A stretch of 61,996 nt of DNA from a virus (lineage: Duplodnaviria; Caudoviricetes): the IMG/VR virus record IMGVR_UViG_3300044302_003481, positions 1 through 61,996 of that record, one strand, 5' to 3'. The notes under the pieces are model-generated. The model ran no database searches. It was not told where the DNA came from and saw only the letters and a list, made by a program, of their open reading frames with translations. Positions 15,541 to 25,982 of the stretch are shown here, one piece after another. Numbering within the stretch: position 1 is the stretch's first letter; every line of letters starts with the position of its first letter. The translations under genes and the position numbers were made by a program.

Positions 15541-18417
15541 CTAACCTGCTTTAAGTGCTTTAACTTCTATAGATAATTCCTTCACTGCATTAACTAATGC
15601 CCATAAAATAGGATCAGTTTGAACAGTCTTTGCTCCACGCTCACTTACTTTTATACATTCAGGAAGAACAGCTTCCACCTCTTGAGCAATAACACCTGTT
15701 TGAATTTTTCCCTCTCTATTTTTACCAAGACAAACTTGATCTGGTTTTTCTGCTAATGGAAACTCACTCATATCAATTTCATCTTCTGTTCTATATTCAA
15801 AATTAGTTACTCTTAATTGATCAATTTCAGCAAGTCCTTTAGTACTTTCTACTATATTCTTCTTAAGTCGTCTATCTGAAGTAGTATCCCAAGCAGTTTG
15901 GTTACTTCCTTGAATACAGTTACCACTACCATCACCTCTAACCCATACATCAGCTGCACCAGCAGCACCGGAGCCTCTAGCAATATATAGCATATTAGAG
16001 CCAGTTGTAACCTGACCATTACCAGCGTGAGTACCTAAGCAAACATTATGACTACCTGTAGAAATACTATATCCAGCACTTACACCAATAGTTGTATTTG
16101 ATCCTCCTGTTGTAAGATCGTGTAAACCAAGTCTACCAAATGCTGAATTATAAGTACCTGTTGTTATGTTACCTCCGGTACTTGTACCAAAGCAATTGTT
16201 ATAACCGCCAGTAGTAATGTCATAGCCAGCCCAATGACCAACCATAGTATTCTCGTTGGCTGTATTAGTAGCCCCTGCTAAAGCTCTATCACCTAGTGCA
16301 GTATTGTATTGTCCTGTTGTGAGACTATAGCCACAATTATTACCAACAAAAACGTTATAAGAAGCAGTTGTGTTTGAATATCCTGCATATCTACCAACAG
16401 CAACATTCTGTCCTCCTGTAGTAGCATTTTGTAATGAAGAATTACCTACACAAGTATTATTAGATCCTGTTGAAAGCACTGATAATCCAGCGTATCCAAC
16501 TGCAACATTATCATTTCCTGTCGTTATTGAATCACCTGCATAGCCTCCTATTCCTATATTATAACTAGCAGTTGTAGCTTGTAACAGTGAATGATAACCA
16601 ACAGCAACATTATAACCACCTGTTGTATTATCTCTCAGAGCTTCATACCCAAGAGCATGATTACCAGTACCAGTTGTGTTTGAATGAAGTGCTCTAAAAC
16701 CAACTGCTGTACTAGCACCACCTGTAGTATTTGCTTCTAATGCTTCGGAGCCAACAGCAGTAAGCTCAGAACCTGTCGTATTCGTTTCTAAAGCAATATA
16801 ACCAACGGCTGTGTTATTACTTGCAGTTGTATTGTTATCTAAGGCATGATCTCCAACGGCTGTATTAGCACCACCTGTAGTATTTTCATCTAACGCCTTT
16901 GTACCAACAGCTGTATTAGATGCACCAGTATTTACTTCTAATGCTTTATAACCTACAGCAGTATTATTAGCTGAACTGACATTTGTAAACAATGCTTTAT
17001 AACCAACTCCAACATTCTGTACTCCTGAAGTTAGATTTGATAATGCATATGAACCAACAGCAGTTGTTTCTGATGTAGTACTAACTGCGTCTAATGCAAG
17101 ATTACCTACGGCTGTATTATCAGAACCTGTCGTAACTGCATCTAATGCAGCAGAACCAATACCAGTATTACTAGCACCTGTTGTACATTGCTGTAAGCAA
17201 TTCATACCTACAGCAGTATTATTTGCTCCAGTTGTATTAGCTTCTAATGCATCCATACCTACAGCAGTATTATTAGATGCAGTCGTATTGTTATTTAATG
17301 CATTTCTACCTACAGCAGTAAGGGCAGTACCAGTGGTGTTTACATATAAGGAACGTCTACCTACAGCAGTATTATTACTTGCAGTTGTGTTATCTTTTAA
17401 AGCATATGCTCCAACAGCAGTGTTCTCTGCTCCTGTGGTGTTATCTTGTAAAGCAGCTTCACCAAAAGCAGCGTTATTAGAAGCAGTTGTGTTATTAGCT
17501 AAAGCTTGATTACCAAAAGCATTATTATTATTACCTGTTGTAGTAGCTGCTAATGCAGACTTACCAAAAGCACAGCTATAACCTCCTGTTGTAGTATTAG
17601 CCATAGCTTCTCTACCTACAGCAGTATTACCATCAGCACTTGTTATATCAGTACCAGCATCATATCCTATTAAAGTATTAGAATTAGCATCTGTTCCAGT
17701 AAATGCGTCTCCAGCATTCGTACCAACTACAGTATTACTTTGTCCATCTGTAGTTACTAATTTAAGGCCAGAAGCAATCATTGCTGCTGTTATTGTTCCA
17801 GCTCCTGGCGTTGCACTTTGCCAAGAACATGTACCATCTCCATCTTCTCTTAAAAATTTAGTACCCCCGCTTTCTCCTGTAGACAATACAGCGGTACCTT
17901 CCGGTGCATTAGCATCAGAAGCCCACCCTAATGCCCCTGATCCATCTGTTTTAAGTACTTGATTAGCTGAACCATCAGCTGCAGGAAGAGTCCAAACTAA
18001 ATTACTACTTACAGTAGATGGTGCTTGTAAACCTACATAATGTGAGCCATCGGCATCTTTAAATCTAACGTCAGCTGGAAAAGCAAAATCTCCACTATTA
18101 GCAATCTTTGAAGGTGTAACTGAAGCATCAGCTGGCGAGTTGATGTCCGAAGTATCACCTTGAATCATTCCCCAGAAACTTAAAGTAGATGCTGGAGCAG
18201 TCGTAAAGGTAATGACAGCATCGGCTACTGTAAAATCTGTCCCAGGTTTCTGTAAAATACCTCCAAGGATTATCCAAAGTTGATTAACACTCGCTGGAGG
18301 AGACGATGAACTTGATACAGTTAAGTTGAAAGCAGTTGTGCTTCCGTTGAAACTACTTGAGATGTCGTCAAGAACACGATTTTGTCCTCGTACAAGTTGT
18401 CTACCGATGTATGCCAT
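15541..18417 (-). CDS. tail fibre/spike with NTAVG beta-roll repeats and C-terminal peptidase S74 chaperone
   Basis: Dozens of ~14-aa NTAVGxxAL repeats; TSDRRLKKNI...GVIAQEVEAVLPE...LVNAVKEL. Confidence 0.9.
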   Translation of the reverse strand: MAYIGRQLVRGQNRVLDDISSSFNGSTTAFNLTVSSSSSPPASVNQLWIILGGILQKPGTDFTVADAVITFTTAPASTLSFWGMIQGDTSDINSPADASVTPSKIANSGDFAFPADVRFKDADGSHYVGLQAPSTVSSNLVWTLPAADGSANQVLKTDGSGALGWASDANAPEGTAVLSTGESGGTKFLREDGDGTCSWQSATPGAGTITAAMIASGLKLVTTDGQSNTVVGTNAGDAFTGTDANSNTLIGYDAGTDITSADGNTAVGREAMANTTTGGYSCAFGKSALAATTTGNNNNAFGNQALANNTTASNNAAFGEAALQDNTTGAENTAVGAYALKDNTTASNNTAVGRRSLYVNTTGTALTAVGRNALNNNTTASNNTAVGMDALEANTTGANNTAVGMNCLQQCTTGASNTGIGSAALDAVTTGSDNTAVGNLALDAVSTTSETTAVGSYALSNLTSGVQNVGVGYKALFTNVSSANNTAVGYKALEVNTGASNTAVGTKALDENTTGGANTAVGDHALDNNTTASNNTAVGYIALETNTTGSELTAVGSEALEANTTGGASTAVGFRALHSNTTGTGNHALGYEALRDNTTGGYNVAVGYHSLLQATTASYNIGIGGYAGDSITTGNDNVAVGYAGLSVLSTGSNNTCVGNSSLQNATTGGQNVAVGRYAGYSNTTASYNVFVGNNCGYSLTTGQYNTALGDRALAGATNTANENTMVGHWAGYDITTGGYNNCFGTSTGGNITTGTYNSAFGRLGLHDLTTGGSNTTIGVSAGYSISTGSHNVCLGTHAGNGQVTTGSNMLYIARGSGAAGAADVWVRGDGSGNCIQGSNQTAWDTTSDRRLKKNIVESTKGLAEIDQLRVTNFEYRTEDEIDMSEFPLAEKPDQVCLGKNREGKIQTGVIAQEVEAVLPECIKVSERGAKTVQTDPILWALVNAVKELSIEVKALKAG

Positions 18418-18491
18418 TTAAATATCAAACAAGAAGATACTCACTCTTTGCAGAGCTTTCTCCTCATTGTAAGATCACTAATCTGTCAAAC

Positions 18492-20690
18492 TTATGCGCT
18501 TTCTAACGCAGCAACTTTAGTTTCTAGTGTTTCGATTTTTGTGATTGCTTCTTGTAAAGCAGCAGTGAGTAAAGGTACAAGTTTCGATTGGTCTATTTGC
18601 TGATATTCTGGTTTCCCTAAGTCTGCCTCTTTTCTAGTTTTATTATCAACCTGTGCTTGAGTAATAACTTGATCTTTTTCACCAGAAATTGCTTCTGGCA
18701 CTGCTGTTACTTCATGTGCAAAGAATCCGTCAACTGTTGTAGATGGATCTTTTTTAAAGTTAAATCTATATGGTTTAAGAGTTTTTAACCTTGTAATACC
18801 ATCAGTTATTGCTGCAGCATTTTCTTTTAGTCTATAATCTGAAGCTGTATTATATTGAGTTGCAGAACCATGAGATCTTATACTTCCAACTACATCTGCA
18901 TTATCATCTAGAAAAGATATTTGTGATCTATATGTAGAACCAGTAGCTCCTCTATGTCTTATTTGAACACATGAATGATCATCAGTTCCAGCATGATCAA
19001 TATACATTAATTGACCATTTGTACCTCCGTTGGCTGCACTCTTCTGGAATGTAAAAATTTCTGCATTAACAGAACCAGCAGCTCCAAAATGCATAGACCC
19101 ACCAGCTTTTATTCTAATCCTTTCGGCTGAAGTACCACTAGATGTTGTATGAAACTGAATATCACCTTGAGTCGTTGCTGCTGATGCACTGAAATCGTTA
19201 GCATCATTATTACGACCAAATACTATCTTGGCTGTAGTCCTACCATCATGTTCAGATAAAATATAATTAGTAGCTGAAGCATTAGTATTTGTACTATTTT
19301 TTATTCTGAATTCTACATCAACACCAGCAGATTGTTCAACTTGAAATCCATTAGCTGTGGTTAGTGCTCTTAAACCGTGGTCGTAATAGAGTTGTACGGC
19401 TCCATTTTGTAAGCATTTAATAGCATCATCTGCACCACCATCTGTAGCATTAACAGCTACTTGCCAATTAGTTCTAGCTCTATGGTAAACAGAACCAGTT
19501 GTATGGTTTCTGAAGTATGTGTCCGTCCCATCATGAAAAAGCTGTAGATCTTGGCTAGCTCCTAATTGGAGTTTATCTCCATCAACAGGGATATTAATAT
19601 CACCAGCACTTGTTATTCTAAGCCTTTCAGTAATATCTCCATCGCCACCATTAGCTGTAGTATCAACATTTGCAGAAGTTGAAAAGACTAAATCAGCAGG
19701 AGCTAATGATCCAGCAGTTCTATCTACTGCAATCTTTGCCATAACACCAGCATCATTCTCATTCCACCATTCAAGTCTTCCTACCTGTTCTCCAGTAGCT
19801 GAAGAAGGTGATTTAAAATGAAGTTCTCCTTGAGTTTCTACTCCTTCGGTGCTCGTCTCAAAACGCTTTGTGTTGTCATAAAAGAGTTCAACGGCTCCAT
19901 CAGAAACTATATTTATAGCATCATCTCCAGAACCATTAGCTTCAATAGTTAGATTACCAGTTTCATTTCTAATAAAAGAATGCGACCCACTATGCCACAT
20001 CTTTAAATCACTTCCATCTCCCAACTCAAATTGAGCAGAATCTGGCATTTTTACGCCCGAACTAGATGTCTCAAAACGCTTTGTGTTGTCGTGATATAAC
20101 TCTACGGCTCCGTCACCGATAATATTTATCCCACTTTCATCTCCAGCAACTCTGAGATACATATCATCTGCTGACTTTTGATATATATCTCCAGCACTGC
20201 TAATCAAGACAGTATTACTTGAGTCATAATATATTTGAAAATCTGAGCCTGTTCCGAAAGCAGCCTTTGCATTATCATTAAAGATCAAATCATCTGCGGA
20301 CTTGTCCCAAGTAACGTTATAACTCGCACCAGTAAAAGTAACGTCTCCATTAAAAGCTGAAGCACCTGTCACAGATAGAGGATTACTTGGTGAGCTATCT
20401 CCTATTCCTACATTTCCTGCCGAAAAATAAACATGACTACCGGTAGTAATCCATTGCCCAGCTGGATCGGCTATCCAACTTAAATTTCCACTACCATCCG
20501 TAGCCAAAACGTAATTTGCAGAACCATCAGCCGCCGGAAGAGTCCAAGTTACATTGCTCGAAATCGTAGCTGGTGCCTTGAAAGCTACATAATGACTTGA
20601 GTCAGTGTCAGCAAAACGTAAAGAGTTTCGTGCATCAAGTTGAACGTTATCCTTGATATTGTCAAGTAACTGGGCTTTTGTTTGTGACAT
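18492..20690 (-). CDS. tail fibre with C-terminal peptidase S74 chaperone
   Basis: Repeated DGAVELYxDNTKRFETS; ASDYRLKEN...DGFFAHEV...LVPLLTAALQE. Confidence 0.9.
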   Translation of the reverse strand: MSQTKAQLLDNIKDNVQLDARNSLRFADTDSSHYVAFKAPATISSNVTWTLPAADGSANYVLATDGSGNLSWIADPAGQWITTGSHVYFSAGNVGIGDSSPSNPLSVTGASAFNGDVTFTGASYNVTWDKSADDLIFNDNAKAAFGTGSDFQIYYDSSNTVLISSAGDIYQKSADDMYLRVAGDESGINIIGDGAVELYHDNTKRFETSSSGVKMPDSAQFELGDGSDLKMWHSGSHSFIRNETGNLTIEANGSGDDAINIVSDGAVELFYDNTKRFETSTEGVETQGELHFKSPSSATGEQVGRLEWWNENDAGVMAKIAVDRTAGSLAPADLVFSTSANVDTTANGGDGDITERLRITSAGDINIPVDGDKLQLGASQDLQLFHDGTDTYFRNHTTGSVYHRARTNWQVAVNATDGGADDAIKCLQNGAVQLYYDHGLRALTTANGFQVEQSAGVDVEFRIKNSTNTNASATNYILSEHDGRTTAKIVFGRNNDANDFSASAATTQGDIQFHTTSSGTSAERIRIKAGGSMHFGAAGSVNAEIFTFQKSAANGGTNGQLMYIDHAGTDDHSCVQIRHRGATGSTYRSQISFLDDNADVVGSIRSHGSATQYNTASDYRLKENAAAITDGITRLKTLKPYRFNFKKDPSTTVDGFFAHEVTAVPEAISGEKDQVITQAQVDNKTRKEADLGKPEYQQIDQSKLVPLLTAALQEAITKIETLETKVAALESA

Positions 20691-20746
20691 CTACCGACTA
20701 ATTTTTAATCTATATATTCAATTTTACGCTTACAAAATCTAGTCCC

Positions 20747-20974
20747 TTACCTTAATAAGCTTGGAGTTATACCAAATTCTTCGTATCCATAAGGTGCTTG
20801 TTCAGATCCATCAGTAAATTCTCCTTGACTAAACATACTTCCCGTTGGAATATCTGTTCCAGATTGACTATATGAAGAAGATCCACTTCTGTATGTCTTC
20901 CACTTCGTCGCCTTATCCCTAGCTTCGTCTCGGCCTCCATTAGCCATTACTGCTGGGAAATCAGTATCACCCAT
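20747..20974 (-). CDS. small hypothetical protein
   Basis: 75-aa ORF, coupled to the upstream ORF. Confidence 0.55.
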   Translation of the reverse strand: MGDTDFPAVMANGGRDEARDKATKWKTYRSGSSSYSQSGTDIPTGSMFSQGEFTDGSEQAPYGYEEFGITPSLLR

Positions 20975-21237
20975 TATCCAAATAATCCTCCCAATCCACC
21001 AAATGGACTTTTAGATGCGGCAAAACCGCCTAAACCAAATCCTCCTGATCTCGCAGTATTATCTGCTTCACCTGAGAATCCATATCCTGTAAGACCACCA
21101 AGACCTTGTGCCCATGGATTTTCACTAGTAGCCATCGTTCCTAAAACTCCTTTCATAGGATCATAAGCACCTGTAGCTCCAGCTACTCCTCCCTTCGAAA
21201 AGGCTTTAAAGGGAGAAAAATCACCTGCAAATCTCAT
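20974..21237 (-). CDS. Gly/Phe-rich small protein
   Basis: 87-aa ORF, very Gly-rich. Confidence 0.55.
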   Translation of the reverse strand: MRFAGDFSPFKAFSKGGVAGATGAYDPMKGVLGTMATSENPWAQGLGGLTGYGFSGEADNTARSGGFGLGGFAASKSPFGGLGGLFG

Positions 21238-21239
21238 GA

Positions 21240-21473
21240 CTAACCGCCTAATCTACTAAGAAAATCGTCAACTCTCTCTCCCACACCTGGCTCCTGAGAA
21301 GCAGCATTCATGGGATTAATTTTCTGAGCCGCTGCCTTATTTGCTTCTGCATAAGGAGCACTAACAGATTGCCCTTGCGTGGCATATCCACCAGGTAATT
21401 TTGATTGTCTACGAGGATCACCAAGATCCTCAGGCATTCCTAATCCAGATGGATCAAATCCTGAGCCGCCCAT
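21240..21473 (-). CDS. small disordered protein (candidate virion cargo)
   Basis: 77-aa ORF; C-terminal ERVDDFLSRL. Confidence 0.6.
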   Translation of the reverse strand: MGGSGFDPSGLGMPEDLGDPRRQSKLPGGYATQGQSVSAPYAEANKAAAQKINPMNAASQEPGVGERVDDFLSRLGG

Positions 21474-21516
21474 TAACTTATTAACTATTTCTATTAATTA
21501 TAAAGCTATAACTATC

Positions 21517-22251
21517 TTATTTATCAAAGACCATCTCATTACCAAAAACATTCCAACCTCGCTTATTCTCAGAAGAAGGTTTTAATAAATGATCTATAGA
21601 TGTGTCATAACTTCTACCATGATCTTTTCTCCATGCCTGATTCCCTAAATATGTTCCCCATCTAGCATCTTCTGAATGACCAGCTTTAGCTGCAGGACTA
21701 TTACGAGTCTTATATAGCCAAGTCGCACGATGATCTATACCATCACCTTCCGGTAAAACACCTCCGATGTATTCACCTTTCCGGTTGTAAAGAGTTTCTT
21801 GATCAGCTAAATCTATTAAAGCCTCCTCACTAGGACCATACTTACCACCTACTTGAAAGTCTTTATTTTCTTTTTCGGACGTAAGCTTCCCTAATAACTC
21901 ACCTAAAGCAGTCCACCTAGCTTGACCAGAAGGCTGATAATCAGGCTGCTTTTTTCCATTATTATTGTTATTTGGCGGAGAGGCATTAAACGCTGTATCC
22001 GTCTTAACCACAGAACTGTCCGTGTTAGCTCTATTACTAACTAATGCTCCGAGCGGATGATTACTTGTGTCACTTAAATCTCGTTTCATCCAGTTAACAT
22101 CATCAATATCCAATTCTTGGCTTTTAAATGGATTCAAATTTATTTTATTTTTATTTATATAATCATTCAGCATTATTAAACCAATACCAGCCGTATTAAC
22201 AGCTGGAGTCAACCACCAAGGCGCTGTAGCAATCGCAATAGGTACCGGCAT
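21517..22251 (-). CDS. hypothetical protein
   Basis: 244-aa ORF; hydrophobic N terminus, WLYKTRNSPAAKAG segment. Confidence 0.65.
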   Translation of the reverse strand: MPVPIAIATAPWWLTPAVNTAGIGLIMLNDYINKNKINLNPFKSQELDIDDVNWMKRDLSDTSNHPLGALVSNRANTDSSVVKTDTAFNASPPNNNNNGKKQPDYQPSGQARWTALGELLGKLTSEKENKDFQVGGKYGPSEEALIDLADQETLYNRKGEYIGGVLPEGDGIDHRATWLYKTRNSPAAKAGHSEDARWGTYLGNQAWRKDHGRSYDTSIDHLLKPSSENKRGWNVFGNEMVFDK

Positions 22252-22318
22252 ATCTTTAAATTCTAAAAAAAGTATTATCTAGTTCCTATAATATTATCAC
22301 TGGGAAATTGTAAATAAA

Positions 22319-22483
22319 ATGACGACTTTGCCCCACGGAACAACAATTGAAGTCCTCGGAGATAAAGGCTTATACCAACACCGAGTCTGTTGTCCGGGAG
22401 GAGGTATCTGCCGCATAGCTAGAGACTCATATGAAGCCGACGATTTTGCCCGTCTCTATGAATCAATGTTCAATTATCGTTAA
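22319..22483 (+). CDS. small hypothetical protein (54 aa), not in the ORF track
   Basis: MTTLPHGTTIEVLGDKGLYQHRVCCPGGGICRIARD... Confidence 0.55.
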   Translation: MTTLPHGTTIEVLGDKGLYQHRVCCPGGGICRIARDSYEADDFARLYESMFNYR

Positions 22484-22773
22484 TTTTAGGTAGGGTAAAG
22501 GCCATTTTTTAAGTATTAACACCTGAAAAAGTCTTTTAAGGCAAAGGATTTGCTATGAACACCCAAATTTAGAAAAATAAAGGTGATTTTACTTAGGTAC
22601 GCATATGTTGTGGTTAGGTAAGAGTATGTATATATACAGTAGTGACACACAAGTACCTAACCTCATACTGACTAGAACTAAATAAAATAGGGCAAAAAAG
22701 TTACAATTTGGCTGTCACTGGTTTTTCTTGCTATAACTAAGATCTCAAGCACAACGCACCTCTTACCCTACCA

Positions 22774-23913
22774 ATGACTCCTGAAGAATCGCCTTTTTTA
22801 GACACAGATCTAACTCCACAAGATCAAATAACCTTTGCAATTGCCTTTCAAGTCGCCATTAAAGAGCTAGGAAAAGATAAATGCTGGTGTCTCAAAGAAA
22901 ATAATAAAATCGCTCTTCAAGGCTTTAAAACGACGAAGATTGATGTCCCTTTCTATAAAAACAGAGATGCAAGACCCTTACTATTAGCAATGATCGATAG
23001 TTTTAAGGAAAATACAAAAAATATAATTGTGCGGCGATCAATCTGTAATTCTAAATATTGCATTAATCCTACTCATTATTATTGGGGAACAAGATCTGAC
23101 GTTGCATATGAAGAATCAAAACGATGTTTTCCTGTCAATAAAGCTGTTAGTAAGGACTTAATAACTAAATTAAGACTTGAAAAAGAAGAAGGGATAAGTA
23201 TGAAAGATTTAGCAAAAGCATATCAGCTTCCTTATCACAAAGTTAGACGCATTTGCAATAAAATGACTTATGAAGATGTTGCAGGTGATCTAAGACCTGA
23301 TAGTTTTAATGAGGTTTGGGAAAAGCTATTATTAACTTGCAAAGCATTAACTAAAGCACATCCAACTGAAGTTAAGAACTTTCGAATTAACTATCTCATG
23401 AATGAAAGTAAAACATGCCCTTGGCACCAAGGTTTAGAACCAACTCACAAAGGAAATTTTGGTTTAATGGGAGAATGCTTGGACTGTATGGAAGAAATAA
23501 AAAAAGGAAGATGCACTGTAGATGTCACTAATTTTGATTTTCGTACTTTCTATTGGCAAGCTAAAACCTTCTGGGATCAGGTTGACATACAAGGACCAGA
23601 TGACTGTTGGGTATGGAAAGGAGCAACTAGAAAACATGGAACTGAGTCAACTGCCTATTTTCCATCACCTTTTCATGCAGCTAAAACTCAATCAGCTTCA
23701 AGGGTAGCCTTTTGGCTCTCTCGCGGATACACTGGAAAATACCGGATCTTCAGTAGACCAACCTGCAAAGCATTCTGCTGTAATCCGACTCATCTCACAA
23801 TTAAAGAACTTAAAAACTGCAAGCATCCAAATGAAATTGAGAACATCAGACTCACCCATGGAAACATCTTTGAACATCACAAAAAGGAAAAAGGTAGTAT
23901 CAAAAAGAAGTGA
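22774..23913 (+). CDS. tandem HNH/His-Cys-box-like protein with central HTH, catalytic His apparently absent
   Basis: CWCLK...ICNSKYCINPTHY; EGISMKDLAKAYQLPYHKVRRI (HTH); DCWVWKG...ASRVAFWL...CKAFCCNPTHL. Confidence 0.75.
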   Translation: MTPEESPFLDTDLTPQDQITFAIAFQVAIKELGKDKCWCLKENNKIALQGFKTTKIDVPFYKNRDARPLLLAMIDSFKENTKNIIVRRSICNSKYCINPTHYYWGTRSDVAYEESKRCFPVNKAVSKDLITKLRLEKEEGISMKDLAKAYQLPYHKVRRICNKMTYEDVAGDLRPDSFNEVWEKLLLTCKALTKAHPTEVKNFRINYLMNESKTCPWHQGLEPTHKGNFGLMGECLDCMEEIKKGRCTVDVTNFDFRTFYWQAKTFWDQVDIQGPDDCWVWKGATRKHGTESTAYFPSPFHAAKTQSASRVAFWLSRGYTGKYRIFSRPTCKAFCCNPTHLTIKELKNCKHPNEIENIRLTHGNIFEHHKKEKGSIKKK

Positions 23914-23917
23914 GTTA

Positions 23918-24247
23918 ATGCCTAGTAATTACCATTTGGAGACGAAAGAGTATGCTCCAATGGTTGTTATTGGTGGTGAGACAACTTTTGGAGCTTGGTG
24001 TAATACAAAAGAAGAAGCTCAAGCCCGTTTAAATCATCTAGAAATTGCTGTTGATTATCATAACTATCCAACAATGGAAGAAGAGAGTACAGGCAGAGAA
24101 GGAGTTAGGGCTATGGCTGCACGAGTTAGAATAATGAATGAACTATATGAAAAGGACGGCAGAGATGATCTTAATCATCCCATGCACGGACTATTTACTG
24201 GCTTAAGATCACAAAATGAGCAGGTATCTGACAACAATTCCAAGTAA
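23918..24247 (+). CDS. hypothetical protein with AP2-like N terminus
   Basis: YAPMVVIGGETTFGAWCNTKEEAQARL resembles AP2 LGxFxTxEEA; C-terminal LYEKDGRDDLNHPMHGLFTGL. Confidence 0.55.
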   Translation: MPSNYHLETKEYAPMVVIGGETTFGAWCNTKEEAQARLNHLEIAVDYHNYPTMEEESTGREGVRAMAARVRIMNELYEKDGRDDLNHPMHGLFTGLRSQNEQVSDNNSK

Positions 24248-24893
24248 TACAGGTTTTTATAATCTAGGAACAGTTCAATCATATCCTACTGGTGGAGCAG
24301 GTCCTACTGCTTATGGACCTACTTCATATTATGGTTCAGATCCACTACCAGCAGAAGATGGCGATAATATATATAATCCCATTGATTTAGGGGATTTTTC
24401 TTCTGTATTCCGTTCATTTTCTATAAAAAATTCACATGGTGGCTTATCTCGTAAGCAAACTACTTTTTATAAAATAAAATTAATCGAACCAAGATCAGTT
24501 CAATTCACACAGGATCAATCTCAATTCTCGTATGAACAGAATACAAACAAAAATACATTATTAGCTTTTTATAGAATAACTGAAGATAAAAGAAGAGAAG
24601 AGTTACCTATCAATGATGATGGTTATGTACATAATGAAGGTGCAATTGACTATACAGATGAGAAGACAGATTTAAGCACTGATGATTATCCAATTACTAA
24701 ATTACCAAAAGGAGAATATTTATTTTTAATTACTAATGATATACGTTACTTAGAAACCACTTATGCAATAAGTTTAAACGTTAACGTCCTCGACTGGGGG
24801 CTAGTTAAAGATAACTTTGACTTAGCACTTAATTTTGGATTAATAACCCAAACTTATGATGAAATGCTCGACTTTGGAGAAGTAACTAGTTAA
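24216..24893 (+). CDS. hypothetical beta-rich protein
   Basis: 225-aa ORF; TTFYKIKL...LPKGEYLFLI beta-sandwich-like pattern. Confidence 0.7.
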   Translation: MSRYLTTIPSNTGFYNLGTVQSYPTGGAGPTAYGPTSYYGSDPLPAEDGDNIYNPIDLGDFSSVFRSFSIKNSHGGLSRKQTTFYKIKLIEPRSVQFTQDQSQFSYEQNTNKNTLLAFYRITEDKRREELPINDDGYVHNEGAIDYTDEKTDLSTDDYPITKLPKGEYLFLITNDIRYLETTYAISLNVNVLDWGLVKDNFDLALNFGLITQTYDEMLDFGEVTS

Positions 24894-24900
24894 ATAAATA

Positions 24901-25524
24901 TTATTTAATAATTTTTGGAGTTGCATCACCAATCTCAACCTTATCACTTCTGTCATCCCACTTCTTAATTGTGTCATACCAGTCACGATCAGCCCATGAA
25001 GGCTCTTCAAATTCTGGATAAGAGAATTGTTCACCTCTCTTCTGAGCAATAGCTTTAGCATAGGCTTCTTGAGCAGCTGCAAGACGAGCTTCAGGTCCAG
25101 TAGCAGCAGTACCTAAAGTATTAGGTAAACCTTGAACTGTTGGTCTAATTCTTGCCTGTCTACTAGCACTACCTGGAGAAGCTTTTGGAGCTAACTGACT
25201 AATAATTGCCTGTGTACCACCTAACCCACCTTGTGCAGCCTGCGATCCAAATTGTGGAGCCGGCCCTGGAGAAGTATCACCATACCTAACAGCATCTTCA
25301 GCAGCTCTTAAATTAACAGCCGCATGACTAGATCTAACAGCACCTGGAGTTTCACCAGCTGACCAACGTCTTGCTTCTATAGCTTTCTCACGATCATCTA
25401 ATCTTCTTAAATAATCAGCAGCATCACTATATGATTCTTGAGGCGTTACATCCGTTATCACCTGAGGGGGTGGAGGTGGCGGAGGCATAATTATGGTTGG
25501 GGGTGGAGGCGATTTCCTTCCCAT
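24901..25524 (-). CDS. poly-Pro N-terminal protein
   Basis: MGRKSPPPPTIIMPPPPPPPQ; upstream TAGAAT box. Confidence 0.7.
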   Translation of the reverse strand: MGRKSPPPPTIIMPPPPPPPQVITDVTPQESYSDAADYLRRLDDREKAIEARRWSAGETPGAVRSSHAAVNLRAAEDAVRYGDTSPGPAPQFGSQAAQGGLGGTQAIISQLAPKASPGSASRQARIRPTVQGLPNTLGTAATGPEARLAAAQEAYAKAIAQKRGEQFSYPEFEEPSWADRDWYDTIKKWDDRSDKVEIGDATPKIIK

Positions 25525-25580
25525 ATCTCTTATTTAAGTTTTATCTCTATACTGATTCTATCTGTCACAAACCCATGTAA

Positions 25581-25982
25581 ATGCTGGACACCAAGAACAC
25601 CGACGGGCAAAAGAGCGAGGATCAACAACAACTCAGCGTAAGTAATCGGGCGGCGCATGACAAACAATATCCTTTCCTCTCAGAGTTTAGCGAACTTGTA
25701 GCTAAATTGTCCATAGAAGAGCTCCTAGAATTAACTACTCATCAGCAAAAACAATTTGCTAAAGCTCTATGGGAAGCTTGCAATTATGGAGGATCACGTA
25801 TTAAATGTGAAAAGAGACTTAAAGAAATTTATGGATCTAAATGGTATGAAATCACCTCAATAGATGAACACATGGATGATATTAACGACTACTATCGATG
25901 GGTTTTAAGGATTGATCATAAAAAACAATGGGACAATCACAATTTTTGGGCTAATATTGCAAAAGATAAAGTCCTCGAATGA
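25581..25982 (+). CDS. hypothetical protein
   Basis: 133-aa ORF, ATGA overlap with the next gene. Confidence 0.6.
   Translation: MLDTKNTDGQKSEDQQQLSVSNRAAHDKQYPFLSEFSELVAKLSIEELLELTTHQQKQFAKALWEACNYGGSRIKCEKRLKEIYGSKWYEITSIDEHMDDINDYYRWVLRIDHKKQWDNHNFWANIAKDKVLE

Noticed and set aside
16000-17700. CRISPR-like or DGR-like periodicity in the fibre genes
   Set aside because: Degenerate 42-nt coding repeats (NTAVG); no spacers, no reverse transcriptase, no adenine-specific template/variable pair seen
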